A DNA stretch of 64,000 nucleotides, taken from positions 273-64,272 of the forward strand of contig WLOY01000003.1 in NCBI GenBank assembly GCA_009699015.1, given 5' to 3'. This document shows positions 11,587 to 21,491 of this stretch, in pieces. Position numbers and translations under genes: made by a program. A model generated the notes under the pieces. The model was not told where the DNA came from and made no database searches. It worked only from the letters and a program-made list of their open reading frames with translations. The number at the start of each line of letters is the position of its first letter. Within the stretch, counting starts at the first letter, position 1. Source of the stretch: Actinomycetota bacterium. Lineage in GTDB: Bacteria; Actinomycetota; Actinomycetes; S36-B12.

Positions 11587-11665
11587 GGCAGTCGAGAACG
11601 GGGGTGGGGCGGGTCTGGTGTCGGCTGTGTTGGGCATTCGGCCGGACGCTCGTACGATTCGACCC

Positions 11666-12928
11666 GTGGAGGTCTTCAACGTCGTCGGGGGGACGCGCCT
11701 ATCGGGCGAGGTCGCGGTGACCGGCGCGAAGAATTCCGTCCTGAAGCTGATGGCTGCATCGCTCCTCGCGGTCGGCACGACGACCCTGCGGGCCGTGCCC
11801 GACATCCTCGACGTTGAGATCATGGCCGAGTTGCTCCGCCGCCTCGGCTGCGCGGTCGATCACCGCCACCGCGCAGGCACCGTTGACATCACCGTGCCGG
11901 AGGATCTTGAGCACCGCGCCGACTATGACCTCGTCCGGCGCATGCGGGCGTCGATCTGCGTGCTCGGCCCGCTCCTCGCCCGATGCGGGGCTGCGGACGT
12001 CGCACTTCCGGGGGGCGACAACATCGGCTCCCGAGGGCTCGACATGCACATCGATGGCCTGCAGCGGATGGGCGCAGACGTCGTCAACGAGCACGGCTAC
12101 CTGCTCGCGGCATCGTCCGGGCGGCTGCGCGGCGCCTCGATCTGGCTGGACTTCCCGAGCGTCGGCGCAACTGAGACCATCCTCATGGCGGCCGTGACCG
12201 CGATCGGCACGACCGTCATCGACAACGCCGCGCGCGAGCCCGAGATCGTCGACATCTGCACGATGCTCACCGCGATGGGCGCGATCATCGACGGCATCGG
12301 CACCTCAACCCTCACTATCGACGGGGTCGACGAACTCGTCGCTGTCGAGCACACGACGGTCGGCGATCGCATCGTCGCCGGGACCTGGGCGGTGGCCGCT
12401 GCCATCACGCAGGGCGACATCATCGTGCGCCGGGCCAAGGCAGAGCACCTGACCATCGCGCTCGACAAGCTCCAGACCGCGGGCGCCGTCGTGACCTGCC
12501 TCGACGACGGGTTCCGGGTCGAGATGGACCGAAGGCCGCGCGCCGTGGACATCGTCACCCTTCCGTACCCCGGCTTTCCCACGGACCTGCAGCCCCAGTT
12601 CATCGCCCTCAACGCGATCTCTGAGGGGGCGGCCCTCGTGACCGAGAACCTGTTCGAGGCGCGGTTCAGGTTCGTCCAGGAGCTCGCGCGGCTCGGGGCG
12701 AATGTCCGCACCGACGGCCACCACGCGCTCGTGCGCGGCCGGCCCAAGCTCTCGGCGGCGCCCGTCGAGGCGACCGACATCAGAGCGGGCGCGGGGCTCG
12801 TGCTCGCCGGGCTCGTCGCCGAGGGCACGACCACCGTGTACGGGGTGTCCCACATCGACCGCGGCTACGCCGGGTTCATCCCTGCACTGCAGTCCCTTGG
12901 TGCCGACATCACTCGAGCGGATGGCTGA
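11666..12928 (+). CDS. murA: UDP-N-acetylglucosamine 1-carboxyvinyltransferase
   Basis: [34 protein letters not shown]... is the canonical MurA N-terminus, and the sequence is full-length MurA-like throughout. GTG 11666 is preferred by analogy to other MurA N-termini; GTG 11618 is the alternative. Confidence 0.9.
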   Translation: MEVFNVVGGTRLSGEVAVTGAKNSVLKLMAASLLAVGTTTLRAVPDILDVEIMAELLRRLGCAVDHRHRAGTVDITVPEDLEHRADYDLVRRMRASICVLGPLLARCGAADVALPGGDNIGSRGLDMHIDGLQRMGADVVNEHGYLLAASSGRLRGASIWLDFPSVGATETILMAAVTAIGTTVIDNAAREPEIVDICTMLTAMGAIIDGIGTSTLTIDGVDELVAVEHTTVGDRIVAGTWAVAAAITQGDIIVRRAKAEHLTIALDKLQTAGAVVTCLDDGFRVEMDRRPRAVDIVTLPYPGFPTDLQPQFIALNAISEGAALVTENLFEARFRFVQELARLGANVRTDGHHALVRGRPKLSAAPVEATDIRAGAGLVLAGLVAEGTTTVYGVSHIDRGYAGFIPALQSLGADITRADG

Positions 12929-12940
12929 GCAGTGCCGAAT

Positions 12941-13270
12941 CTATGATCGGGCGGACTTCAGGAGCACCCGCGCCCGCTCCTCGTCCGCCGGCCACACCAT
13001 CACCCGCGGGCCGTCGAGGGTCTGGGCGAGCGTGGCGCGCAGCCCGGCCGACTCGAGCTGGCGCCTGAGCATCTCGCCCTCGACGTAGTTGGGCGGGGAC
13101 GCCACCGGCACGAGGAGCCCGTACTCCGAGTCGGGTCCGGGCTTGGCCGGGGGCGCGACGAGCGAGGCGCCGCGGCGCGACGACCACCGCAGGATGAACA
13201 CCATGACCGCGATGCCGCCGAACGCGGCAAACGGGCCGAAGACGTATGAGTAGGAGTTCCAGGCGCTCAC
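12941..13270 (-). CDS. Small membrane-anchored hypothetical protein
   Basis: 109 aa with one N-terminal hydrophobic helix ([17 protein letters not shown]) followed by a soluble domain. Coding-like composition; no function assignable. Confidence 0.5.
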   Translation of the reverse strand: MSAWNSYSYVFGPFAAFGGIAVMVFILRWSSRRGASLVAPPAKPGPDSEYGLLVPVASPPNYVEGEMLRRQLESAGLRATLAQTLDGPRVMVWPADEERARVLLKSARS

Positions 13271-13335
13271 CCCCGTATCGTGCCCCCTCCGGCCAATTCG
13301 CGCGACCCTTACTTGCGGCCCGGTACGGTTCCGGG

Positions 13336-14016
13336 GTGAGAATCGTCGTGGCCCGCTGCACGGTCAACTACGTGGGGCGGCTGACGGCACACCTGCCCGA
13401 GGCGATCCGCGTCATCATGGTCAAGGCCGACGGGTCGGTGCTCATCCACTCCGACGGCGGCTCCTACAAGCCGCTCAATTGGATGAGCCCGCCGTGCGTC
13501 ACGAAGGTCCGGGCGGCCGAGGTCGATGCGGACGAGGCGACGTGGGTCGTGGAGAACAAGGCGGGCGAGCAGCTGCTCATCACGATCCACGAGACCCTGT
13601 CGGAGAGCGACCACGCGCTCGGCATCGACCCGGGCCTGCAGAAGGACGGCGTCGAGGCGCACCTCCAGCACCTTCTCGCCACCCACGTCGGCATCCTCGG
13701 CGAGAATTGGTCGCTCGTGCGCCGCGAGTTCCCGACGGCCATCGGGCCGGTCGACCTGCTCTGCAAGGACGGCACCGGGGCGACCTTCGCCGTGGAGATC
13801 AAGCGTCGCGGCGAGATCGACGGCGTGGAGCAGCTCACCCGCTACCTCGAACTGCTCAACCGCGATCCGATCCTCGCGCCGGTGGCGGGCGTGTTCGCGG
13901 CCCAGGAGATCAAGCCGCAGGCTCGGGTGCTCGCCACCGACCGGGGCATCCGGTGCTTCCTGCTCGACTATGACGCGCTCAAGGGGACGGACGACCCGAC
14001 GCTGCGCCTGTTCTAG
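13336..14016 (+). CDS. nucS: Endonuclease NucS (EndoMS, non-canonical mismatch repair)
   Basis: 226 aa from GTG 13336. [50 protein letters not shown]... and C-terminal ...[23 protein letters not shown] are diagnostic of NucS. Confidence 0.9.
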   Translation: MRIVVARCTVNYVGRLTAHLPEAIRVIMVKADGSVLIHSDGGSYKPLNWMSPPCVTKVRAAEVDADEATWVVENKAGEQLLITIHETLSESDHALGIDPGLQKDGVEAHLQHLLATHVGILGENWSLVRREFPTAIGPVDLLCKDGTGATFAVEIKRRGEIDGVEQLTRYLELLNRDPILAPVAGVFAAQEIKPQARVLATDRGIRCFLLDYDALKGTDDPTLRLF

Positions 14017-14066
14017 CGTGGGGTGCCGCGGAGTCGCCGCACTCGCCAAGGTGGGAGACTTCGCAC

Positions 14067-15851
14067 ATGACTGGGACAGTGGGTGCCGTGCGGCAGGTGG
14101 GCGTTATCGGACTCGGCACGATGGGCAGCGGCATCGCCGAGGTGATCGCCCGCAGCGGCATCGATGTCGTCGCGATCGAGATGTCTGCCGAGGCGCTCGC
14201 CAAGGCGCAGGAGCGGATGTCCGGCTCGACCGCCCGCGCGGTGAAGCGCGGCAAGATGACTGAAGCCGAGCAGAGCGCACTCCTCGGTCGCCTCTCGTTC
14301 TCGACGGACCTCAACGACCTCTCAAGTGTCGACCTCGTGGTCGAGGCGGTGCCCGAGCGCCTCGAGCTCAAGCGAGAGCTCTTCGCCGCACTCGACGCCA
14401 TCGTCCCCGCGCACGCCATCCTCGCGACGAACACCTCATCGCTCTCGGTCACCGATATCTCGGTCGCGACGGCTCGGCCGGCCCAGGTCGTCGGGCTTCA
14501 CTTCTTCAATCCCGCGCCCGTCCAGGCCTTCGTCGAGGTCGTGCGAACAGTGGTGTCGTCCGATGAGGTCGTCGACCGGATGGTGTCCTTCGCGACGGCA
14601 CTGGGCAAGGAGCCGGTGGTCGTCGGCGACAAGGCAGGCTTCATTGCCAACGCGCTGCTCTTCGGCTACCTCAACCATGCGGTCGCGATGTTCGAGCAGA
14701 AGTACGCAAGCCGCGAGGACATCGACGACTCGATGCGGCTCGGCTGCGGACTGCCGATGGGGCCCCTCGCCCTCCTCGACCTCATCGGTCTCGACACCGC
14801 CTACGAGATCCTTGACACGATGTACAAGCAAGGCCGTGATCGCCTGCACGCACCGAGCCCGATCCTCAAGCAGATGTCGACGGCAGGCCTGCGCGGCCGC
14901 AAGTCGGGCCGGGGCTTCTACACCTACGAGGCCCCGCAGTCGCCCGTCGTCGTCGCCGATGCGCAGACTCCCGCCGCCTCGAGCGCCGGTGAGTCCCTGC
15001 GAACAATCGAGTCTGTCGGCGTCATCGGCTCGGGGACGATGGCGGCCGGAATCATCGAGGTCTTCGCGCGCGCGGGCATCGACTGCATCTTCCAGGCGAG
15101 GTCCGAGCAGAAGGTCGAGGCGGTCCGCCGGGCACTCGAGAAGTCGCTCGAGAAGGCCGTCCAGCGAGGCAAGCTGGACGATTCCGACCGCGACGCCACC
15201 CTTGCCCGCATCACCGGCACGACGCGGCTCGACGATCTCGCGAGCGTTGACCTCGTCGTCGAGGCGGTGGTCGAGGACATCGGGGTGAAGACGGCGATGT
15301 TCGAGAACCTTGATGAGATCTGTCGGCCGGGCGTCATCCTCGCCACGACGACCTCGAGCCTGCCGGTCATCGACCTTGCGGCCGTCACGAAGCGCCCCCA
15401 GGACGTCATCGGCCTGCACTTCTTCAATCCCGCGCCCGTCATGAAACTCGTCGAGGTCGTGAGCACCGTCGCGACCGCCCCGGACGTTGCCGCCACCGCC
15501 GTCGCACTTGCGAAGCGCCTCGGCAAGCACCCGGTGCGGTGCGTCGACCGCGCCGGCTTCATCGTGAATGCCCTCCTCTTCCCGTACCTCAACGACGCCG
15601 TCCGGATGGTCGAGGCGAACTATGCGAGCGCGGACGACATCGACCTTGCGATGAAGCGCGGCTGCGGATACCCGATGGGGCCGTTCGAGCTCCTTGACGC
15701 GGTGGGCCTGGATGTCTCGCTCGCCATCCAGCGGACGCTGTACCTAGAGTTCCGTGAGCCCGGATTCGCCCCGGCCCCGCGGCTCGAGCACCTCGTCACG
15801 GCGGGCTACCTCGGCCGCAAGACCGGCCGCGGCTTTCGCACCTACGCCTGA
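14067..15851 (+). CDS. Tandem-duplicated 3-hydroxyacyl-CoA dehydrogenase (two complete HCDH modules in one 594-aa protein)
   Basis: Two consecutive copies of the same architecture: VGVIGLGTMGSGIA.../TNTSSL/GLHFFNPAPV/GFIANALL and VGVIGSGTMAAGII.../TTTSSL/GLHFFNPAPV/GFIVNALL. Confidence 0.85.
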   Translation: MTGTVGAVRQVGVIGLGTMGSGIAEVIARSGIDVVAIEMSAEALAKAQERMSGSTARAVKRGKMTEAEQSALLGRLSFSTDLNDLSSVDLVVEAVPERLELKRELFAALDAIVPAHAILATNTSSLSVTDISVATARPAQVVGLHFFNPAPVQAFVEVVRTVVSSDEVVDRMVSFATALGKEPVVVGDKAGFIANALLFGYLNHAVAMFEQKYASREDIDDSMRLGCGLPMGPLALLDLIGLDTAYEILDTMYKQGRDRLHAPSPILKQMSTAGLRGRKSGRGFYTYEAPQSPVVVADAQTPAASSAGESLRTIESVGVIGSGTMAAGIIEVFARAGIDCIFQARSEQKVEAVRRALEKSLEKAVQRGKLDDSDRDATLARITGTTRLDDLASVDLVVEAVVEDIGVKTAMFENLDEICRPGVILATTTSSLPVIDLAAVTKRPQDVIGLHFFNPAPVMKLVEVVSTVATAPDVAATAVALAKRLGKHPVRCVDRAGFIVNALLFPYLNDAVRMVEANYASADDIDLAMKRGCGYPMGPFELLDAVGLDVSLAIQRTLYLEFREPGFAPAPRLEHLVTAGYLGRKTGRGFRTYA

Positions 15852-15875
15852 CCGGCGAGGACTGTGGAGACGGTC

Positions 15876-16193
15876 ATGGGGCGAAAGAATCGAAGGCAGC
15901 CGGATCCACCGGACTCCGTGCGGGGTCCGGGCGCGTACGGCCCGCAGAGCACCGAGGAGCATGCCGACGGTGAGTGGGTTGTTCGCCGGGTGACCGGCTC
16001 GGGTGCATCGAAGACCTATCGCTGCCCGGGCTGCGACCAGGAGATCCGTCCGGCAACCCCCCACGTCGTTGCCTTTCCAGCCGATGACTACGGCAATGTC
16101 GAGGATCGACGCCACTGGCACACCCCGTGCTGGCAGGCGCGCGGCCACCGTGGCCCGCGAACTCAGAGGTCGTCGAGAGGGCCGAGGTACTGA
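15876..16193 (+). CDS. Small conserved-looking zinc-ribbon protein (hypothetical)
   Basis: 105 aa. CPGC...HWHTPCW is a putative four-ligand metal site. The stop overlaps the next ORF start (TGATG). Confidence 0.55.
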   Translation: MGRKNRRQPDPPDSVRGPGAYGPQSTEEHADGEWVVRRVTGSGASKTYRCPGCDQEIRPATPHVVAFPADDYGNVEDRRHWHTPCWQARGHRGPRTQRSSRGPRY

Positions 16194-16939
16194 TGCCGGA
16201 TGCCGAGCGGATCGTCGCGAACTCGGTGCTGCCTGCGCGCCGGGAGGCGCTGCGGCTGCGCACGAGCGACGGCCTGAGCCTGGTCGCGGAGCTCGCGCTA
16301 CCTGTCGACGTGCCACCGGCCGCGACGATCATCTGCGTCCATCCGCTGCCGACCCACGGCGGCATGATGGACAGCCACGTCCTGCGCAAGATGGCCTGGC
16401 GACTGCCGGCCCTCGCCGATGTCGCTTGCCTGCGCTTCAACACGCGCGGAACGACGAGTGCCGCCGGCACGAGCGAGGGCGCCTTCGATGAGGCGAGGGG
16501 CGAGGGCCTGGACCTCCTCGCCGCGATCGGCGAGGTCGGCGCGCGCGGGCTTCCCGATCCGTGGCTCGTCGGCTGGTCCTTCGGCACCGACGTGATCCTG
16601 CGGCACGGCAATGTCGATCCGGTGGCCGGCGCGATCCTCCTGTCGCCGCCACTGCGGTTCTCGACCGACAGCGACCTCGAGGCATGGGCGGCCAGCGGGC
16701 GTCCGCTCACCTGCCTCGTCCCTGAACTCGACGACTACCTTCGGCCCGAGGCTGCCCGCGAGCGGTTCGCCGTGATCCCGCAGGCTGAGATCGTGGGGAT
16801 CGACGGGGCCAAGCACCTGTGGGTGGGGGAGGCGTCCGTCTCCACCGTCCTGGGCGAGATCATCGCTCGGGTCGTCCCGCAAAGGGCACCGCTGCCCGCG
16901 ACCTGGTCGGGCGAGATGACGAGATGGAGCGACCTGTGA
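16193..16939 (+). CDS. Alpha/beta hydrolase family protein
   Basis: 248 aa. ...IICVHPLPTHGGMMDSHV... and GWSFGTD (G-x-S-x-G-type nucleophile elbow). Translationally coupled to its neighbours. Confidence 0.7.
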   Translation: MPDAERIVANSVLPARREALRLRTSDGLSLVAELALPVDVPPAATIICVHPLPTHGGMMDSHVLRKMAWRLPALADVACLRFNTRGTTSAAGTSEGAFDEARGEGLDLLAAIGEVGARGLPDPWLVGWSFGTDVILRHGNVDPVAGAILLSPPLRFSTDSDLEAWAASGRPLTCLVPELDDYLRPEAARERFAVIPQAEIVGIDGAKHLWVGEASVSTVLGEIIARVVPQRAPLPATWSGEMTRWSDL

Positions 16940-17706
16940 AACCTGCCCGGTGCGTCGTACTGCTGCACGCATTCCCCTGCGATGGCCGGATGTGGGCGGC
17001 CCAGGCCGATGCGCTATCCGAGGCCGGGTGGGACCTCGTCATCCCCGACCTACCGGGCTTCGGTGCCAGCGACGTCCTCGAGGCCGATCCGAGCCTGGAC
17101 CTCGTCGCCGACGTTGTCCTGCGCGAGTTGTCGGTGCAGCGAATCGAAGGTGCGGTGCTCGCGGGCCTTTCGCTCGGCGGCTACGTCGCGATGGCGATGA
17201 TGCGCCGGGCGCCGGAGCGCTTCTCCGCCCTCATGCTGTGCGACACGAAGGCATCGGCGGACACCGCCGAGGCCCGGGAGAACCGCCACCGACTGGCCGA
17301 GGCCGTGCTGGAGGAGCCGGCTGCGTGCGGCGGCATCCTGCGCCAGTCGGTGCTGCCGGGGCTGCTCGGCGCCACGACATTCGCCGAGCGCCCGGCGGTG
17401 GTGGCGGAGGTGGGCGGATGGCTGGATGAGGCGCGACCGGAGGCCGTTGCCTGGTACCAGCGCGCGATGGCGGCGCGGCCGTCGTCGATCGAGGTGCTTG
17501 CGGCTGCGTCGATCCCGGCCCTCGTCCTGTGGGGCGAGGAGGACACGCTGAGCCCCGAGGGAGATCAGCACGTGATGCTCGACGTGCTCGGCAAGGGGAG
17601 CAGTGCACTGATCCCGGGAGCCGGGCACCTCTCCGCGGTGGAGCGGCCTTCGACGGTGAGTCGGCGGATGATCGAGTTTCTCGAAGGAGCCGTGCTGCGG
17701 TCCTAG
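16924..17706 (+). CDS. Alpha/beta hydrolase
   Basis: VVLLHAFPCDGRMW..., GLSLGGYVA nucleophile elbow, C-terminal GAGHLSAVERP. The start is ATG 16924, or GTG 16936 overlapping the upstream stop. Confidence 0.75.
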   Translation: MERPVKPARCVVLLHAFPCDGRMWAAQADALSEAGWDLVIPDLPGFGASDVLEADPSLDLVADVVLRELSVQRIEGAVLAGLSLGGYVAMAMMRRAPERFSALMLCDTKASADTAEARENRHRLAEAVLEEPAACGGILRQSVLPGLLGATTFAERPAVVAEVGGWLDEARPEAVAWYQRAMAARPSSIEVLAAASIPALVLWGEEDTLSPEGDQHVMLDVLGKGSSALIPGAGHLSAVERPSTVSRRMIEFLEGAVLRS

Positions 17707-19667
17707 AGGCCCGCCGCCTGCTTGATGAGATCCGAGTAGGCCCTCGCGCCCTCGGGCGTGAGGTGGATTCCATCCGATGCGAAGTACTCGGGATGATCGA
17801 CCGAAGCGGCACGCCAGTCAGCGAGCACGGCGTTCGGGTACTGGGGCACGACGTCGGCCATGACGTTGTTGTTGGGGTCGCGCCAACTGCGTGGCATGTT
17901 GTCGTTGACGACGACGACCCGCGGGCTATCGACGAGGATGTCGAGCATCTCGCGCATCATGCTCTCCGGGAGCACGCCGTTCGTGCCCGGGTGCAGCACG
18001 ACGATGGGTGCCAGCCGATTGCCAGCGACGTAGCGCTTGAGCTTGCCGATGAAGGCCCCCGGGTACCGCGAGACCGCGGCGTCGACCTTCGTCCCCGGGA
18101 TCGTGTCCTTCAGCACCGATCGCGCCCCAAGCATGACGGAGTCGCCGATCGCGCTCACCTTCCCGGTGTCGCGCGTGGGGCTCGCTGAGGGAGTCGGGCC
18201 GGCCGACGCATCCGCGGGCTCGCCGCTGCCCGATGCAGCGGGAGAGGCCTCGCCGGGCAATGCGGAGTCGGCACCTGCTGAGGCTCCCGAGCCCCCTGTG
18301 GAATCGGCATCGTCGAGGGAGACCTCGGTTGGACCGCCGGACTCGATGCCCATCGCGGCCGCTACGTCGGGTGCGACGACGGAGTCGACTGTCGCACGGG
18401 TCGTAGCCGCGAGGAGGAGCGCGACGGCGACGACTCCGGCGAGGGTGGCCCCGACCATCGCGGCCCCGACGGCCCGCAGCCGCCGGCGCCGGGCGCCCTT
18501 GGCGGCGCGGACCCGGGCGACGAACCGCTGGATGGCACCGCGGCGGATCGGCATCTCGAGGAATCGAAAGCTCAACTCGGCGATGCCCACGGTGAGAGCG
18601 AGGCGCAGGATGAGGAGCGGCAGGCCGTCGAGGGGCGTGTCGAGGACGGGGCGGGTGGCCATGAAGACCGGCCAGTGCCACAGGTACAGGCCGTACGAGC
18701 GCTGGCCGATGTAGCGCCAAGGCTGAGTGCCCATCGCCCGGCCGAGCCCCACCCCCGGATGGCTCGCGGCGGCGATGAGCGTCGCGACGACGAGGGCGAG
18801 TGCAAGGAAGCCCCCGCGGTACATCCAGGGGGTGAACTCCCCGACGAAGACGAAGAACCAGATGACCGCGAGGAGGGCGAGGACGCCGATGCCCGTGATG
18901 ATCGCGGCGGCGCTCGAGGACAGGTCCCGGCGCATCCGGCCCGGGCGCCAGAAGGTGGCCATCGCGGCCCCGATGAGCAGGCCCATAGCGTGGGAGTCAG
19001 TGCCGAAGTAAGCCCGGCTCGGGTCCGCGAAGTCCGGATATCCGTTGGCGACGGAGAGCTGGAGCATCCAGACGGTCGACAGGATCGCGAGGACGCCTGC
19101 GACGGCGAAGACGCCCTTGCGTGCGAACCTTCGCATCGCGAGGAAGGCGATGGCGGGCCAGACGAGGTAGAACTGCTCCTCGACGGCGAGGGACCACAGG
19201 TGCTGGAGGAGCGGGGGCCGGCCGATGAATTCGAAGTACGACTGGTCGGCGGCGATGTACCACCAGTTGTTGACGTAGAAGAGGGACGCCAGCACATCGG
19301 AGGCCGTCTGGCGCGCGGCGTCCTGGTAGACGAGCGCTGCGGCGAGCGACACGACGACGAGGACGAGGAGCAGGGCGGGGAGGAGGCGGCGGGCGCGTCC
19401 GAGGTAGAACTTGCGGAAGTTGACGCGGCCCGAGCGATCGAACTCCTCGAGGATGAGGGATGTGATGAGGAACCCGCTGAGGACGAAGAAGACATCGACG
19501 CCGAGGAATCCGCCGGGGATCCACGAGAGATCCGCGTGGTAGAGCAGCACGCCGATGACGGCGAGGGCCCGGACTCCATCGAGGCCGGGAAGGTAGCCCA
19601 TCTCCTTGGCCCGAGGACCACGATCGAGGTTCCATGGCACGGGATCGCGCACGGCCGACTCGGTCAC
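17703..19667 (-). CDS. Acyltransferase family 3 protein with C-terminal SGNH hydrolase-like domain (OafA/YrhL type O-acyltransferase)
   Basis: 654 aa. The N-terminus LDGVRALAVIGVLLYHA plus about 10 hydrophobic segments is followed by a Ser/Ala/Gly-rich linker, then the VSAIGDSVMLGA (GDS) SGNH block. Confidence 0.85.
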   Translation of the reverse strand: MTESAVRDPVPWNLDRGPRAKEMGYLPGLDGVRALAVIGVLLYHADLSWIPGGFLGVDVFFVLSGFLITSLILEEFDRSGRVNFRKFYLGRARRLLPALLLVLVVVSLAAALVYQDAARQTASDVLASLFYVNNWWYIAADQSYFEFIGRPPLLQHLWSLAVEEQFYLVWPAIAFLAMRRFARKGVFAVAGVLAILSTVWMLQLSVANGYPDFADPSRAYFGTDSHAMGLLIGAAMATFWRPGRMRRDLSSSAAAIITGIGVLALLAVIWFFVFVGEFTPWMYRGGFLALALVVATLIAAASHPGVGLGRAMGTQPWRYIGQRSYGLYLWHWPVFMATRPVLDTPLDGLPLLILRLALTVGIAELSFRFLEMPIRRGAIQRFVARVRAAKGARRRRLRAVGAAMVGATLAGVVAVALLLAATTRATVDSVVAPDVAAAMGIESGGPTEVSLDDADSTGGSGASAGADSALPGEASPAASGSGEPADASAGPTPSASPTRDTGKVSAIGDSVMLGARSVLKDTIPGTKVDAAVSRYPGAFIGKLKRYVAGNRLAPIVVLHPGTNGVLPESMMREMLDILVDSPRVVVVNDNMPRSWRDPNNNVMADVVPQYPNAVLADWRAASVDHPEYFASDGIHLTPEGARAYSDLIKQAAGL

Positions 19668-19692
19668 GGAATCATGCTAGGCGACGCATCTG

Positions 19693-19986
19693 CTATCTCG
19701 TGAATTGCGAAAGGATTCCTGCGAGGAGTCCGAACCTCGTCGCCGACCACAGGGCCACCCCCACCGCCGATGTGACGAGGAACACGATGAGCAAACTGCT
19801 TGCGCGCCGGGCCGCGGTGAGCAGGGCAAGGGCGAGGAATGCCCCGAACAGCACGGCCGCACCGGCCGTCAGCTGGTCGTCGGTCGGCGTCCAGCCGAGG
19901 ACGGTGACGCCCGGCAGGTCGACCAGTCGCGCCGGGTGCGTCGACGGCGTCGAGAGCACCGACAGCATCGAGAGCATCGCGTGCAT
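19693..19986 (-). CDS. Small hypothetical membrane protein
   Basis: 97 aa with two hydrophobic helices. The start ATG overlaps the upstream mce stop by 1 nt. Support is weak. Confidence 0.35.
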   Translation of the reverse strand: MHAMLSMLSVLSTPSTHPARLVDLPGVTVLGWTPTDDQLTAGAAVLFGAFLALALLTAARRASSLLIVFLVTSAVGVALWSATRFGLLAGILSQFTR

Positions 19987-20450
19987 CAGGTGGCCGGATG
20001 CTCCTCGTCGTGGGAGCCGTGAGCCGTCCCGGAGGGTGCCGCCTGGACGAGCTCGACGAGTACCCCGCCGCAGTCCTTCGGGTGGGCGAAGTTAACGAGG
20101 GAGCCGGCGGTGCCGCGCCGCGGCGCGTCATAGAGCATGCGGACGCCGGCGGCGGCGAGCTGCTCGGCCGCGGCAACGACGTCATCGACCCCGTAGGCGA
20201 CCTGCTGGATCCCCGGGCCCGACCGGTCGAGGAACTTCGCGATCGTCGAGTCGGGGGTGAGCGGGGCGAGCAGCTGGATGCAGCTGCCCGAATCGCCCAC
20301 CCCGAGCATCGCCTCGCGGACCCCCTGCTCCTCGTTCACCTCCTCGTGGACCACCACGAGCCCGAAGGCCCGGCCGTAGAACTCGATGGCGGCGTCGAGG
20401 TCGGTCACGGCGATGCCGACGTGGTCTATGCGCGTCAGGATGGAATGCAT
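19986..20450 (-). CDS. mce: Methylmalonyl-CoA epimerase (VOC/glyoxalase family)
   Basis: 154 aa from ATG 20450. IDHVGIAVTDLDAAIEFYGRAFG...GIQQVAYGVDD... is typical of the epimerase, and the gene is divergent from meaB. Confidence 0.85.
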   Translation of the reverse strand: MHSILTRIDHVGIAVTDLDAAIEFYGRAFGLVVVHEEVNEEQGVREAMLGVGDSGSCIQLLAPLTPDSTIAKFLDRSGPGIQQVAYGVDDVVAAAEQLAAAGVRMLYDAPRRGTAGSLVNFAHPKDCGGVLVELVQAAPSGTAHGSHDEEHPAT

Positions 20451-20500
20451 GCCGGATATCGTGTCACCTGCCCCGCACCCGCCCTCGAGAGGAGCCCGAA

Positions 20501-21436
20501 ATGCCCGGTACCCGGGATTCACTGCTCGAGCTCATCGCGAGCGCGCAGGCAGGGGAGGTCCGCAGGATCGCCCGGCTCATCTCCATGATCGAGGACGGCG
20601 GCGACCAGGCGCGCGAGGTCATGCGGGCGCTCGCGGCCTATTCGGGCCGCGCCCATGTCATCGGGCTTACCGGGGCCCCGGGTGTCGGCAAGTCGACGAC
20701 GACCTCGGCGCTCGTGACGGCCCTGCGCGCGGCCGGGCATCGCGTTGCGGTCCTCGCGGTCGACCCGTCCTCGCCGTTCTCCGGCGGCGCGCTGCTCGGC
20801 GACCGGATCCGCATGCAACGTCACTCCGGTGATGAGGGCGTCTACATCCGGTCGATGGCCTCCCGGGGTCACCTCGGCGGGCTCTCGGCGACCACGCCGC
20901 AGGTGATCCGGGTCCTCGACGCGACCGGCTTCGACATCGTCATCATCGAGACGGTCGGGGTGGGGCAGTCGGAGGTCGAGATCGCCGCAACCGCTGATAC
21001 CTCGATCGTGCTCCTCGCTCCCGGGATGGGCGATGGCATCCAGGCGGCGAAGGCGGGCATCCTGGAGATCGGCGACATCTTCGTCGTGAACAAGGCCGAT
21101 CGCGACGGGGCCGACGCTACGGCCCGCGAGATCCGCCACATGGTCGAGCTCGGCACCTGGCACGGCTGGAAGCCGCCGGTGCTCAAGGCGAGCGCTGCGC
21201 AGGGCGCCGGCATCGACGAGGTCGTCGAGGCGATCGATGCGCACCGGGCCTGGCTCGCCGAGAGCGGCGAGGATCGGGTGCGCCGGCATCGCCGGGTGCG
21301 CGAGGAGATCACGGCGTTGGTGATTGGAGCGGTGCGAGCCAGGCTCGCGGAACGACGCGATGAGCTGACGGCGCTCGCTGACGAGGTGATCGCCGGGAAC
21401 CTAGATGCCTTCGCCGCCGCCGAAGCCCTCGTCTGA
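20501..21436 (+). CDS. meaB: Methylmalonyl-CoA mutase-associated GTPase MeaB (ArgK)
   Basis: 311 aa. P-loop GAPGVGKST, DPSSPFSGGALLGDRIRM, ETVGVGQSE and VVNKADRDGA are the MeaB G-motifs. Confidence 0.9.
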   Translation: MPGTRDSLLELIASAQAGEVRRIARLISMIEDGGDQAREVMRALAAYSGRAHVIGLTGAPGVGKSTTTSALVTALRAAGHRVAVLAVDPSSPFSGGALLGDRIRMQRHSGDEGVYIRSMASRGHLGGLSATTPQVIRVLDATGFDIVIIETVGVGQSEVEIAATADTSIVLLAPGMGDGIQAAKAGILEIGDIFVVNKADRDGADATAREIRHMVELGTWHGWKPPVLKASAAQGAGIDEVVEAIDAHRAWLAESGEDRVRRHRRVREEITALVIGAVRARLAERRDELTALADEVIAGNLDAFAAAEALV

Positions 21437-21491
21437 GGTCTGCTTGTCCGAGCTCATCGGGATCTGACGGAGCGGGGAGCGGCGGGGGGTC

